From an uncultured virus (IMG/VR IMGVR_UViG_3300050821_024078) (lineage: Duplodnaviria > Heunggongvirae > Uroviricota > Caudoviricetes), in the IMG/VR virus record IMGVR_UViG_3300050821_024078: a stretch of DNA of 64,000 nucleotides, one strand, 5' to 3'. Each line of letters opens with the position of its first letter. Positions within the stretch are counted from its first letter, which is position 1. The notes beneath the pieces were generated by a model. That model ran no database searches. It saw only the letters and a program-made list of their open reading frames with translations, and had not been told where the DNA came from. Shown here one piece after another: positions 50,974 through 59,866 of the stretch. Made by a program: the position numbers and the translations under genes.

Positions 50974-51831
50974 ATGAACAGGTATACCGTTTTAAAATTC
51001 AATGATTATTTGATCCAGGAAGGTCTTGCTGAAGATATTGCTGGTTTAGCCGGTATTTCTGATAGTTCTAGTGGTCAAGCTGAACCAAATAAAATTGTAA
51101 CAGCTCTTAAGGGGATTCGTGTAGGCGAGAAAAACAAACAAGTTGAAGAAATTCAAACCATATTAAAATCTTTTGGTTGTGATGTTAATGTAACAGGTAC
51201 TTTAGATTCTAAAAACATTGAACAAATAAGATCTGTTATTTTTGTTGCTAAAAATGATCCAGAATTAAAATCTCTTATACCAGCCAGTTTAGAGGTTGAT
51301 TCCAATATTCTTACCGATGATGTACAAAATACTATTAGACAATTATCAACAAGCAGTAATGCTAAAGATATCATTAAGGAAAAAGTAAATAAGGTCAAAC
51401 CTCAAGATTATTCGGTTGAAAAGACAAATAAATCTGATGATGCCTTCTACCATAAGTTACTTAAACTATTAAAGGCACCTGTTTCCGAAGAAAATATGAG
51501 GTTCTTTTATGCCTGGAGACAAGCAGAAGCGGGTAAAGCCACAAACAATCCTTTCAATACAACTTTCAATCTTAAAAAAGATCCAGATATGACAGCATAC
51601 AATAAAGCTGGTGTTAAGAATTACTCAAGACCAGAATATGGTTTAGAGGCCACTTACAGAACACTTATGCTTTCATACTACAAAGACATCGTTGCTGGTC
51701 TAAGAAATGATATAGGAGCCTCTAATCTGGCAAAATGTGAGTCATTAAACACTTGGGGTACCGGATCACTTGTATCTTCTGTTATTAATAAACACAAAAC
51801 GTTAAATCCACCAGGAATAGAGGCTGCTTAG
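50974..51831 (+). CDS. putative peptidoglycan-binding / lysozyme-like hydrolase
   Basis: N-terminal PG-binding-like VEEIQTILKSFG; C-terminal AWRQAE...NNPFNTT...GVKNY...GLEAT. Confidence 0.5.
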   Translation: MNRYTVLKFNDYLIQEGLAEDIAGLAGISDSSSGQAEPNKIVTALKGIRVGEKNKQVEEIQTILKSFGCDVNVTGTLDSKNIEQIRSVIFVAKNDPELKSLIPASLEVDSNILTDDVQNTIRQLSTSSNAKDIIKEKVNKVKPQDYSVEKTNKSDDAFYHKLLKLLKAPVSEENMRFFYAWRQAEAGKATNNPFNTTFNLKKDPDMTAYNKAGVKNYSRPEYGLEATYRTLMLSYYKDIVAGLRNDIGASNLAKCESLNTWGTGSLVSSVINKHKTLNPPGIEAA

Positions 51832-51832
51832 T

Positions 51833-52519
51833 TTATTTTCTATGCCAGTAAATATGATTATCTGATAACGCATCACCCCAATTGATGTAACCATCATTTG
51901 TTTCTTCGGTATCATACATTTCATCCATTTTAAGATCTTCTGTATCATCGTTTGAATGATTCTTCTTACGTCTTCTATATTCTTTCCACCAATCTTCTTG
52001 ATTTATACCAGCTGTATAATCTGGAATAATTGCTATCTCCCAGGTGCTTTGTTTTACTTTAACAGTAGCCGGTAATCCATACCAACATATTTTTCTACCA
52101 TTTTCTTTTTCTGGTTCGAAGAAATTATATGAATGTTCACTCAGTATAATTTGAAGATATTGTATTTTAGCGAATGCAAAAGATGCCTCAAATGTACCAA
52201 AAGCATATATGAGTTTTCCGTTACACCACATTTCAACATTTGTCCCAGTACTAAAACGAGTTTCATCCCATTTATATTTGGAAGAATTATATTGAGTTAT
52301 TCGTATATCCCAAAGTCTTCTGTTTATACTTCTCGAAAATGGTACAAAATCGGGTGAATCAGCAGGTGGTATCAAATCCTCTTGAAGTTTAGTAGCATAA
52401 TAGAGCCACCAGGTTTTTGGTATATCACCATAACCCTCATGTTCTTTTCCTTCTATATCATAAACTACATACTGTTTGTTATGAACTGTGACTTCGAATA
52501 TTTTTCGTGGTATTTGCAT
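51833..52519 (-). CDS. hypothetical protein
   Basis: ORF, 228 aa. Confidence 0.7.
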   Translation of the reverse strand: MQIPRKIFEVTVHNKQYVVYDIEGKEHEGYGDIPKTWWLYYATKLQEDLIPPADSPDFVPFSRSINRRLWDIRITQYNSSKYKWDETRFSTGTNVEMWCNGKLIYAFGTFEASFAFAKIQYLQIILSEHSYNFFEPEKENGRKICWYGLPATVKVKQSTWEIAIIPDYTAGINQEDWWKEYRRRKKNHSNDDTEDLKMDEMYDTEETNDGYINWGDALSDNHIYWHRK

Positions 52520-52521
52520 GG

Positions 52522-52812
52522 CTATTTGTTAAGTAGTTCTTGGATTGCTTTATTTAATTCTGAATCTTTTTCTTCAGCTAATTTTTGTGTGTCAATACCG
52601 AAATATTCTGTGAGTAGTTGAATATGTGATTCAGGTATAAATTCGAGTGTTTCTCGTTCTTTCAGACCTTTAGTCGTTTGATACTCTTCCTTATCTATAC
52701 TTGCAATTGTATAGTTTTTCTTATTTGATAACCAATCAAGAAATTTTTTTACTGTTTCAAACTTTTCTTGTAGTTGGCTTGCTTTATCTAATTCTGTTGT
52801 ATCTGATTTCAT
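52522..52812 (-). CDS. hypothetical protein
   Basis: ORF. Confidence 0.65.
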   Translation of the reverse strand: MKSDTTELDKASQLQEKFETVKKFLDWLSNKKNYTIASIDKEEYQTTKGLKERETLEFIPESHIQLLTEYFGIDTQKLAEEKDSELNKAIQELLNK

Positions 52813-52864
52813 AATTTTAGTATGTTTACTGTTACTTTACTTCTAATTGTACATACGCCTCTGC

Positions 52865-53232
52865 GGTGTTTCAGGTCTCCAATTGAGATGCTTCAACATC
52901 ACATCCTGTCCGTATTTGTCTTTGGATGTAAGGTGTTTCAGGTCTCCAATTGAGATGCTTCAACATCAATCGAATCATTTTCAAAGGCGATCTGCTAGGT
53001 GTTTCAGGTCTCCAATTGAGATGCTTCAACATCCACATCCATGTGTTGACTCTCCGGTAACAAGGTGTTTCAGGTCTCCAATTGAGATGCTTCAACATCT
53101 TGGATCTATCCCTGATTTACCATGTACATGGTGTTTCAGGTCTCCAATTGAGATGCTTCAACATCTTTGTTCGGGAGTAATAACAAGTGTACCTTCGGTG
53201 TTTCAGGTCTCCAATTGAGATGCTTCAACATC
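52865..53232 (+). CRISPR. orphan CRISPR array: 6 identical 36-nt repeats GGTGTTTCAGGTCTCCAATTGAGATGCTTCAACATC and 5 spacers (31, 30, 30, 30, 31 nt); type VI-B-like
   Basis: repeats start at 52865, 52932, 52998, 53064, 53130, 53197; spacers are unique; hairpin repeat; strand inferred from G-U pairs; no cas gene seen in the window. Confidence 0.92.
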
Positions 53233-53447
53233 TGGTATGTTATAAACGATTGTGTTTCATAATATTGTATACCATATTTCTTCTCTAAAACTGACCAAAT
53301 AGAATCATAATCAACATCTAAACATATATTTTTTCTATTGTACATCACTACATACCCATCATTATCTTTAAAAACAATATTACCTGGATATTTTTTATCG
53401 ATTGAAATAGTAAGCTTACTTAACTCATTAAGGAAAAACTCTTCCAT
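53136..53447 (-). CDS. small protein whose 3' end runs through CRISPR repeat 6, spacer 5 and repeat 5
   Basis: ATG 1 nt after the upstream stop; ...QSFITYQ-MLKHLNWRPETP (repeat)-KVHLLLLPNK (spacer)-DVEASQLET*. Confidence 0.75.
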   Translation of the reverse strand: MEEFFLNELSKLTISIDKKYPGNIVFKDNDGYVVMYNRKNICLDVDYDSIWSVLEKKYGIQYYETQSFITYQMLKHLNWRPETPKVHLLLLPNKDVEASQLET

Positions 53448-53448
53448 A

Positions 53449-54456
53449 TTAAATGTTGTTTTTTACCCATCCTTCTTCCAGCCATTGTAGATAAGACAAT
53501 TCTGTTTTTGATTCAATATAACGTAGATATAGTTTATTCTCAACAAAGTCAAATCCGGCATCAATACATGATTGATAATTCATAGCCCAGATATCATACA
53601 AACCATCTTTAGGATAGAATCCTGATTCAAACCAGGTCTTTGTATATTCACCATTACTGTCAGCAACCCATATATTTCTAGCAACTGATTTATTGTAATC
53701 TTCGTATCCAGAAATATCAACGACAAATTTGTATGATATACTACCTTCATCATCTATATCATCTTCTTCGAAACTGATAATTTGTCCCTTCATATCTGGA
53801 TCAGCATCATACGAATGATTTTTGTTAAACTGTATAGTTGGTTTAACCCCAGCCTCTAATAATTTAATTAGTTCTTGAACTGTTGTATCTGATTTTTTGA
53901 TAGATTCTTCTTTCAAAGAAACTTTTATTAGTGGTTGATCGCTGTATTTTAATGGTAGTGAAGAATAGACATTCCAGCTGTCTTCACCGTTTATGTTATA
54001 TAATGCGTTTCCGATAATTTTATACATTTCATAACAAATCTGATCATCATTACATACATTTCCTATACCAAGATTACCTCCAGCAGCCCCACCACAAATA
54101 TTTATGTTGATATAGTCAAATAACGTTTTTAATTGTTCTTTCTTTGCAAAATATTCTTGCGAATATTGCTCTAAGTAATTATTATGAACCAAATTATTCA
54201 ATATACCATCAACAGCCTCATCCAGTTGTAAAGAATTGATCCTGGATAGAGTCTCAAGATAACGCCAAACTAAAATTAACTGTTTCTCATTTAGTTCAAT
54301 CAAATATTTTGTTTCATTTACAAGTTCTTTAGGTATATTTTTTATCGGGATACCTTCAATAAATGTATCATTATTGTTGAAAAGTTTAGCTTTTCCATTA
54401 CCTATTTTAATATAGTGAGTCGATGTAGGACCTGTATTTATTAATTCATTTTCCAT
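53449..54456 (-). CDS. hypothetical protein (no Cas motifs recognised)
   Basis: ORF, 335 aa. Confidence 0.7.
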   Translation of the reverse strand: MENELINTGPTSTHYIKIGNGKAKLFNNNDTFIEGIPIKNIPKELVNETKYLIELNEKQLILVWRYLETLSRINSLQLDEAVDGILNNLVHNNYLEQYSQEYFAKKEQLKTLFDYININICGGAAGGNLGIGNVCNDDQICYEMYKIIGNALYNINGEDSWNVYSSLPLKYSDQPLIKVSLKEESIKKSDTTVQELIKLLEAGVKPTIQFNKNHSYDADPDMKGQIISFEEDDIDDEGSISYKFVVDISGYEDYNKSVARNIWVADSNGEYTKTWFESGFYPKDGLYDIWAMNYQSCIDAGFDFVENKLYLRYIESKTELSYLQWLEEGWVKNNI

Positions 54457-54465
54457 ATCAATTTT

Positions 54466-54771
54466 TTAATTTAACCAAATAATTTCAGAACCTGTATCAT
54501 AACCAAATTTAAAATCATTAGCTATAGAGCAAATTTTACTTTTAGTTCTAAATACTTTATCTGATTCAACACAACTTTTAATATCTTCTAAGCTGGCTTT
54601 GCCTAAATCATGGCTATCACCATAAAATATAAATGAATTTTGTTCACGGTTAAATCTAAACCATCCACCCCCTTTAACTTTGGTTTTATCAGTAACAATA
54701 TTCATATGAAACGTTACTTTGCTTATGATTAACGCATCATCTTCAATTATAAATTTAGGAAATATGTCCAT
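54466..54771 (-). CDS. hypothetical phage protein
   Basis: PKFIIE...GGGWF...YGDSHDLG. Confidence 0.6.
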   Translation of the reverse strand: MDIFPKFIIEDDALIISKVTFHMNIVTDKTKVKGGGWFRFNREQNSFIFYGDSHDLGKASLEDIKSCVESDKVFRTKSKICSIANDFKFGYDTGSEIIWLN

Positions 54772-55324
54772 TTGTTCGTATAAATTCAGAAGGTACAAAT
54801 TTACTTAAATAAACATCATTAGAAGAAACAAAAAACTCTATACCATCATCATGTGCTTTTTTAGCATCAATGCTTAATATACGTATATCTTCACTCTTTC
54901 GTTTACCAACTTTTATTGCTGTTTCTTTATCCTTTGATAAATGTACATGAATTCTTGACATGGGCTTTAATCCATCTTTAAGAATCTGTTTAACTGTATC
55001 CAAAGCTGTACCATGGTATAATTTTTCCGGTGGAATAACCAATTTAACTTCGGAATCAACTTCAACAGAATGACCCTGGCAAGCTCTTACCTTTGTTTGA
55101 TCCAGATTATACTCGAATCTTTTTTTATTGTTAGTTTCAATTATCCAATCAAGACCATCTTTACCTTGTGGTATACTTAATTTTTCAATAAGAGTAACAA
55201 CATCAACAAAACCATTTTTATCTAAAGTTATTCCAGCGTGCTCTGGTTCATGTCTTAATATTTTAGACATATACCGGCTCTTGTCTTTAAGTAATTGAAA
55301 CTCTGTTTTTGTAAAGTCTGGCAT
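54755..55324 (-). CDS. kptA: RNA 2'-phosphotransferase (KptA/Tpt1)
   Basis: SKILRH, KKRF, RACQGHS, LYHGT, GLKPMSRIHVHLS. Confidence 0.93.
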   Translation of the reverse strand: MPDFTKTEFQLLKDKSRYMSKILRHEPEHAGITLDKNGFVDVVTLIEKLSIPQGKDGLDWIIETNNKKRFEYNLDQTKVRACQGHSVEVDSEVKLVIPPEKLYHGTALDTVKQILKDGLKPMSRIHVHLSKDKETAIKVGKRKSEDIRILSIDAKKAHDDGIEFFVSSNDVYLSKFVPSEFIRTNGHIS

Positions 55325-55569
55325 TATGATCTTTTTAAAATTTCTTGGTACCATTTGTATACAGCGGAAACATTAATTGAATCAAGTTGTTCAATAATAA
55401 TATCATCATTATAAATTGATACATGAGAACTTCCTCTATTACCCCAGGTAAATATTAAAACTTCACGTTCAAATTTATATGTAACCTCATCATGCCAGGT
55501 GTATAAGATTTCTTTTAATTTCTGTATATCACTTCTAGTGAGATCTGTAATTTTTATAATCTTTTTCAT
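55324..55569 (-). CDS. hypothetical protein
   Basis: ORF. Confidence 0.55.
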   Translation of the reverse strand: MKKIIKITDLTRSDIQKLKEILYTWHDEVTYKFEREVLIFTWGNRGSSHVSIYNDDIIIEQLDSINVSAVYKWYQEILKRS

Positions 55570-55781
55570 AGGTTAAAGTAGTTTAAAAATTTCGACCAAA
55601 AACTTTTATTTTCTATAACAGGATTATCTTCATCATGCCATTTGTTAAAAAGCTGATCCAATTTATTACCATCCTCTACAGATAGAGATATATAAAATCG
55701 ATATCTATCATTACTTTTTTCAGGATTTTGTTTATATCCTAGCTGTTGGTAGAGTTCGAATAAAAGCTTTACAATTATCAA
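55566..55781 (-). CDS. hypothetical protein
   Basis: ORF with ATGA stop/start overlap; start uncertain. Confidence 0.45.
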   Translation of the reverse strand: MIIVKLLFELYQQLGYKQNPEKSNDRYRFYISLSVEDGNKLDQLFNKWHDEDNPVIENKSFWSKFLNYFNL

Positions 55782-55819
55782 ACCGGTGTTCCTTCACATA
55801 AAAACTTGTTTCCATAAAT

Positions 55820-56293
55820 TCATTTTTTAAGTACAATTCTTTTTAAAATATCAGCGATAATTTTTGCTTCATCTACCGTTTCATCCAGACAAATATCATT
55901 ATCGTCTGGATCATTACCATAAGCTTCTTTAGTCTTTTTGTTAAATAAATTACCTTTAGTTGGAATATATCCTCTGATACCCTTTTCAGAGTTATAATAG
56001 ATGAATGTTACCGGCATTTCCCAATCTCCTCCAGCCCAACAAAAGAAAACATGAAATCCAGGAGCAATTTCTCTATAACCCTCTAAAATATTTGGTCTTG
56101 GTTCATCATCAAAACAAGAGTGATTCTCCCAATCAAATAGGACTTTACTTAAATCTTTAGAAATAATAGATGGTAAATTATATGGATAACCTTCATCATC
56201 GTTTTCGATTTCTTCTTCCTGAAGAGTATCCATTAAATATTCTATTTTCTTTAAGAATTCTTCTTTAGTAATTATGGAATAATAACGAGCCAT
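55820..56293 (-). CDS. hypothetical phage protein
   Basis: AGGDWE, RGYIPTKGN. Confidence 0.65.
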   Translation of the reverse strand: MARYYSIITKEEFLKKIEYLMDTLQEEEIENDDEGYPYNLPSIISKDLSKVLFDWENHSCFDDEPRPNILEGYREIAPGFHVFFCWAGGDWEMPVTFIYYNSEKGIRGYIPTKGNLFNKKTKEAYGNDPDDNDICLDETVDEAKIIADILKRIVLKK

Positions 56294-56300
56294 GGTATTT

Positions 56301-56627
56301 TTAATCTATTATAACATCAATTGAACCTTCTTCTGTTGTATCAGCTTCCATAGTATCATCTTCAGGAAGTAGAAGTACTTGTGAATTTTCTATATCAATA
56401 AGTACACCAAAGTCACCTGGAGTCATACCAATTTCTCTCAAAGAAGAAAGTAATTCATCTAATTTTTCGAATGTTGTTTCACTTTCTAAGAAACCACCCA
56501 AAATATATGCTTTAACTGGTATATTGTTTATATCGTTCATTTTCAATTCCAGGACTTCATCTGTTACAGGGTCACCAGCTATTGAATATACTAACCATGA
56601 ATGTTTTTTTCCTTTTACAATAATCAT
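56301..56627 (-). CDS. hypothetical acidic protein
   Basis: ORF. Confidence 0.6.
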   Translation of the reverse strand: MIIVKGKKHSWLVYSIAGDPVTDEVLELKMNDINNIPVKAYILGGFLESETTFEKLDELLSSLREIGMTPGDFGVLIDIENSQVLLLPEDDTMEADTTEEGSIDVIID

Positions 56628-56662
56628 AATGATTTTTAATTTTTATAGCTTTATAAAAGCTT

Positions 56663-56914
56663 TTAGTTTTTATAAATTAAAACAAATGCTGGATTATTTA
56701 AGGATTCTATTTTTTCCTCAAGGAATTCTTTTTTGATTCCAAGACCCTTTATAAGATCTTTTTTATCTCTGGTGGTTATTTCATTTAAAGGAGCATGAAA
56801 GATAATACTACTTGATAAACATCTAAGTGTAGCTTGTCTCTGGTAATCATCTTTAGCCTCTTTAGAGAAACCCACAATGAAGAATTTATCGATTATTTTT
56901 ACGGGATCTGTCAT
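56663..56914 (-). CDS. hypothetical protein
   Basis: ORF. Confidence 0.55.
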   Translation of the reverse strand: MTDPVKIIDKFFIVGFSKEAKDDYQRQATLRCLSSSIIFHAPLNEITTRDKKDLIKGLGIKKEFLEEKIESLNNPAFVLIYKN

Positions 56915-56915
56915 A

Positions 56916-57122
56916 TTATTTTAATCTATAAAATTCGTTAGATACATTAACATCCATATCTATTCGCCACAAATAACCATAGTTTATACGTCTGAATTTT
57001 ATACCATTAGAAGCAAAAGCCATAGTTTTTGTAACACGAACAACATCTAGTTCATTAATAAACTTAGTTGTGCTTGCGTTAAAAACAAGTATTTTATCTC
57101 CTATATTGGCTAGTTTTTTCAT
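56916..57122 (-). CDS. hypothetical protein
   Basis: ORF. Confidence 0.5.
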   Translation of the reverse strand: MKKLANIGDKILVFNASTTKFINELDVVRVTKTMAFASNGIKFRRINYGYLWRIDMDVNVSNEFYRLK

Positions 57123-57173
57123 AGTATAGTTGTTTTACTTTATAAAACTTTATACGAAATTAGAATATAAAAG

Positions 57174-58052
57174 TTACATTTCCAAAGAAATAAGATTTAT
57201 TTTTGAATAGTACACAAGAATATTCTGATTAGGCGACAATCCTGATACCTGACCATCACCAGTTTCCACTATACTCCAGTTACCCTCATTTGTTTCAATA
57301 ATGTCTATGGTAAGGAAATTACTAGGTATTGTTGAGGCGATTAAAAATAACCAAGATATGCCAGGTTTAGAAGCATTGTTTAAGTTAGAGTTTTGAGACA
57401 TACTCACCAGCCTTTTATTCATGAAAACACAACGCCACTCATTTACTTGTGATTGATTATATTTCTTTACATCAAGCCATTCTTTCAGAACAATACCTTT
57501 ATTAAATAGTTTACCACGGTACTTGATAAAATTTTCAATGATAGCAAACCAAGTTTTTGGATCTTTACTTTCCAATAAAACAAAATCTGATGATTCTTTT
57601 GCTGACTTAACAAAATCCTTTAAGAAAATTAGATTAGAGTTTAATTGACTCAAAGCATTAGTAATATTTTCTAATGTTATCTCGGTAAACCATACAGACT
57701 TTGATGTATATTCTTTTATGTATTCATATACTTCAGGAAGATAATGACATTGACTGTATTCTTTTGGTGAATTAATTAACTTATATTTTGGAAGAAGCCA
57801 ATTGTATAGAAGTTCATACTGAGTATCTTTCAACATATATCCTCTATATATCATAGGTCCAATAAAGTCAGTTTGTTGTATATCTGAACCGGATTCATTA
57901 TTCAAAATTATTTCAGAATCTCGAACAAATCTATCATAGTCAAATAAAACTACACGGAAGTCTTGTAATATAGCTGCCTCAAATTCTTCTTTGTATAGTT
58001 CGTCTGGAAGTTTATTGTTTACTTCATGGCAGGGAAATAATATTGTATACAT
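57174..58052 (-). CDS. ATP-grasp domain protein (DUF4343/R2K-like)
   Basis: IYRGYML, FLKDFVKSAK, NEWR, TIDI, IVETGDGQVSGL. Confidence 0.8.
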   Translation of the reverse strand: MYTILFPCHEVNNKLPDELYKEEFEAAILQDFRVVLFDYDRFVRDSEIILNNESGSDIQQTDFIGPMIYRGYMLKDTQYELLYNWLLPKYKLINSPKEYSQCHYLPEVYEYIKEYTSKSVWFTEITLENITNALSQLNSNLIFLKDFVKSAKESSDFVLLESKDPKTWFAIIENFIKYRGKLFNKGIVLKEWLDVKKYNQSQVNEWRCVFMNKRLVSMSQNSNLNNASKPGISWLFLIASTIPSNFLTIDIIETNEGNWSIVETGDGQVSGLSPNQNILVYYSKINLISLEM

Positions 58053-58053
58053 T

Positions 58054-58245
58054 TTAACGAAATTTAGGATTAATGATTGTATCTTCTCTCTTAATGATCT
58101 TAGTATATTTAGGAATTTTTTTCTTTCTTGTTTTTTTATCCTTTTGAAAAGGAACGTCAAATGTTGGACAAGGGCTTTCTTTATACAGATAATATTTTGA
58201 ATTACATGAGACAAAAAATATTAAAAATATGAAGAAGTATCTCAT
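58054..58245 (-). CDS. small basic lipoprotein
   Basis: MRYFFIFLIFFVSC signal. Confidence 0.5.
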   Translation of the reverse strand: MRYFFIFLIFFVSCNSKYYLYKESPCPTFDVPFQKDKKTRKKKIPKYTKIIKREDTIINPKFR

Positions 58246-58280
58246 GTTTATTAATATCATTTGAAATCAAAAGGTAACTT

Positions 58281-58544
58281 TTAGTAGTTACACCATTCAT
58301 TGATTAATTCTTGTTTATCACTTCTTGTTTTTAGATTTGAAATACCACCAGCTAAAGTTCCATCATCATTTCTATTCCAATCCCAATTTTGAAAATTACC
58401 AAAGTCTATTACACCATTAGCTTTCTTTATGACTATCCATTCGTCACCTTCAGCTATAATAACAGCATCGTTTAGATCATATTCACGACCAAAGAATCCA
58501 TTACAATAAGAATCTTTGATTATTTTACCAATGTTACTACTCAT
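58281..58544 (-). CDS. hypothetical phage protein
   Basis: YCNGFFGR, AEGDEWIV. Confidence 0.6.
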   Translation of the reverse strand: MSSNIGKIIKDSYCNGFFGREYDLNDAVIIAEGDEWIVIKKANGVIDFGNFQNWDWNRNDDGTLAGGISNLKTRSDKQELINEWCNY

Positions 58545-58579
58545 ATTATTTTCAAATTAATATATACTTCAAATCAAGA

Positions 58580-58831
58580 ATGAATATGGCTGTTGAAACC
58601 AAATGTCAAACCAATGGTGCTGTTTATAATACAGAAATATCATCCAATAATATTTCTGTTAATGTTAGCATACCTTTTTCTTTAGAGTTATCTGAGGAAG
58701 AGGCAGCATTGTTGGATGCAAATATACATAACGTTTTAGAATTAGTACTAGCACCTTATTTCAATACTAAAACTACTGATAGTATAGATTATACTGTCAA
58801 AAATTTTAATGATTGGTCTTCCAGTTTATAA
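58580..58831 (+). CDS. hypothetical protein
   Basis: ORF after an AATATATAC motif. Confidence 0.55.
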   Translation: MNMAVETKCQTNGAVYNTEISSNNISVNVSIPFSLELSEEEAALLDANIHNVLELVLAPYFNTKTTDSIDYTVKNFNDWSSSL

Positions 58832-59866
58832 TTACCTAAATTTCGTTAATCCTTTTTTCAATCCATCATTATCAATCAATGCTCTACGTAATCCTTTATT
58901 TGCTATTTCTAAAATATATGGAAAGGTTACATTAGTTAATCCTATCGTAGAAGTTTTTGGAACAGCACCAGGCATATTAGCAACACAATAATGTACTATA
59001 CCATCCACTAAAAATGTTGGTCTATCATGAGTGGTGGGCTCGCAGGTTTCGATACAACCACCTTGGTCAACTGCTACATCTACTATAACAGATCCTGATT
59101 TCATTAATGATAACATATCTTTTTTTATTAATGATGGAGCTTTTTTACCTGGTATTAAAACAGCACCAATTACTAAATCACTATCTGTTAATTCTTTTCT
59201 AATATTGAATTCATTAGAAAATAGTGTTCTAATATTTAGAATATCATTCAAATATCTTAAGCGTTCCAAATTGATATCCATTATAGTTACGTTGGCACCT
59301 AAGCCTAAAGCCATTTTAGCAGCATTGATTCCTACTACACCACCACCTAAAATTAAAACTTTACCTGGACTAACCCCTGGTATACCACCCAATAATACAC
59401 CAGAACCTCCTTGTGGTTTTTCTAAATACTTAGCACCTTCTTGTACAGCCATTCTTCCAGCTATTTCTGACATGGGTGTTAATATTGGTAGTGTATCACC
59501 TTTATAAACTGTTTCATAAGCCATACAATGTGCATCCGAATTTTTCATAGCTTCTTCTAAAATGTTATTGGAAGCCAAATGAAAAAATGTAAATATGATT
59601 TGATATGGTTTAATTAAATGATATTCTGATTCGAGAGGTTCTTTCACTTTTACAATCATATCACTACTTTCATAGACTTCTTTTCCAGATGCTAATATTA
59701 TAGCACCATTGGATATATAATCTTCGTCAGTATATCCAGAACCTATTCCAGCATTAGTTTCTATAAAAACTGTATGATAATTTTTTACTAATTCATACGT
59801 TCCTGATGGTGTTAAACCAACTCTATATTCCTGATTTTTTATTTCTTTAGGGATTCCTATTTTCAT
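58832..59866 (-). CDS. ald: alanine dehydrogenase
   Basis: MKIGIPKEIKNQEYRV, VKVKEP, PMSEIAGR, GGGVVG, DVAVDQGG, HYCVANMPG. Confidence 0.95.
   Translation of the reverse strand: MKIGIPKEIKNQEYRVGLTPSGTYELVKNYHTVFIETNAGIGSGYTDEDYISNGAIILASGKEVYESSDMIVKVKEPLESEYHLIKPYQIIFTFFHLASNNILEEAMKNSDAHCMAYETVYKGDTLPILTPMSEIAGRMAVQEGAKYLEKPQGGSGVLLGGIPGVSPGKVLILGGGVVGINAAKMALGLGANVTIMDINLERLRYLNDILNIRTLFSNEFNIRKELTDSDLVIGAVLIPGKKAPSLIKKDMLSLMKSGSVIVDVAVDQGGCIETCEPTTHDRPTFLVDGIVHYCVANMPGAVPKTSTIGLTNVTFPYILEIANKGLRRALIDNDGLKKGLTKFR

Noticed and set aside
52901..53196. Self-targeting spacers
   Set aside because: No match noticed elsewhere in the window by eye; an exhaustive search was not possible
52847..53218. 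ORFs 52847-53218 (+) and 52871-53098 (-) as repeat proteins; whole array as a coding repeat
   Set aside because: Repeats are identical at nucleotide level, two spacers are 31 nt and break frame, and spacer 4 has an in-frame TAA on the minus strand
51833..54456. Array-flanking ORFs as known Cas proteins
   Set aside because: No Cas1/2/4, HEPN, RuvC or RAMP motifs recognised, and they are too small for known class 2 effectors
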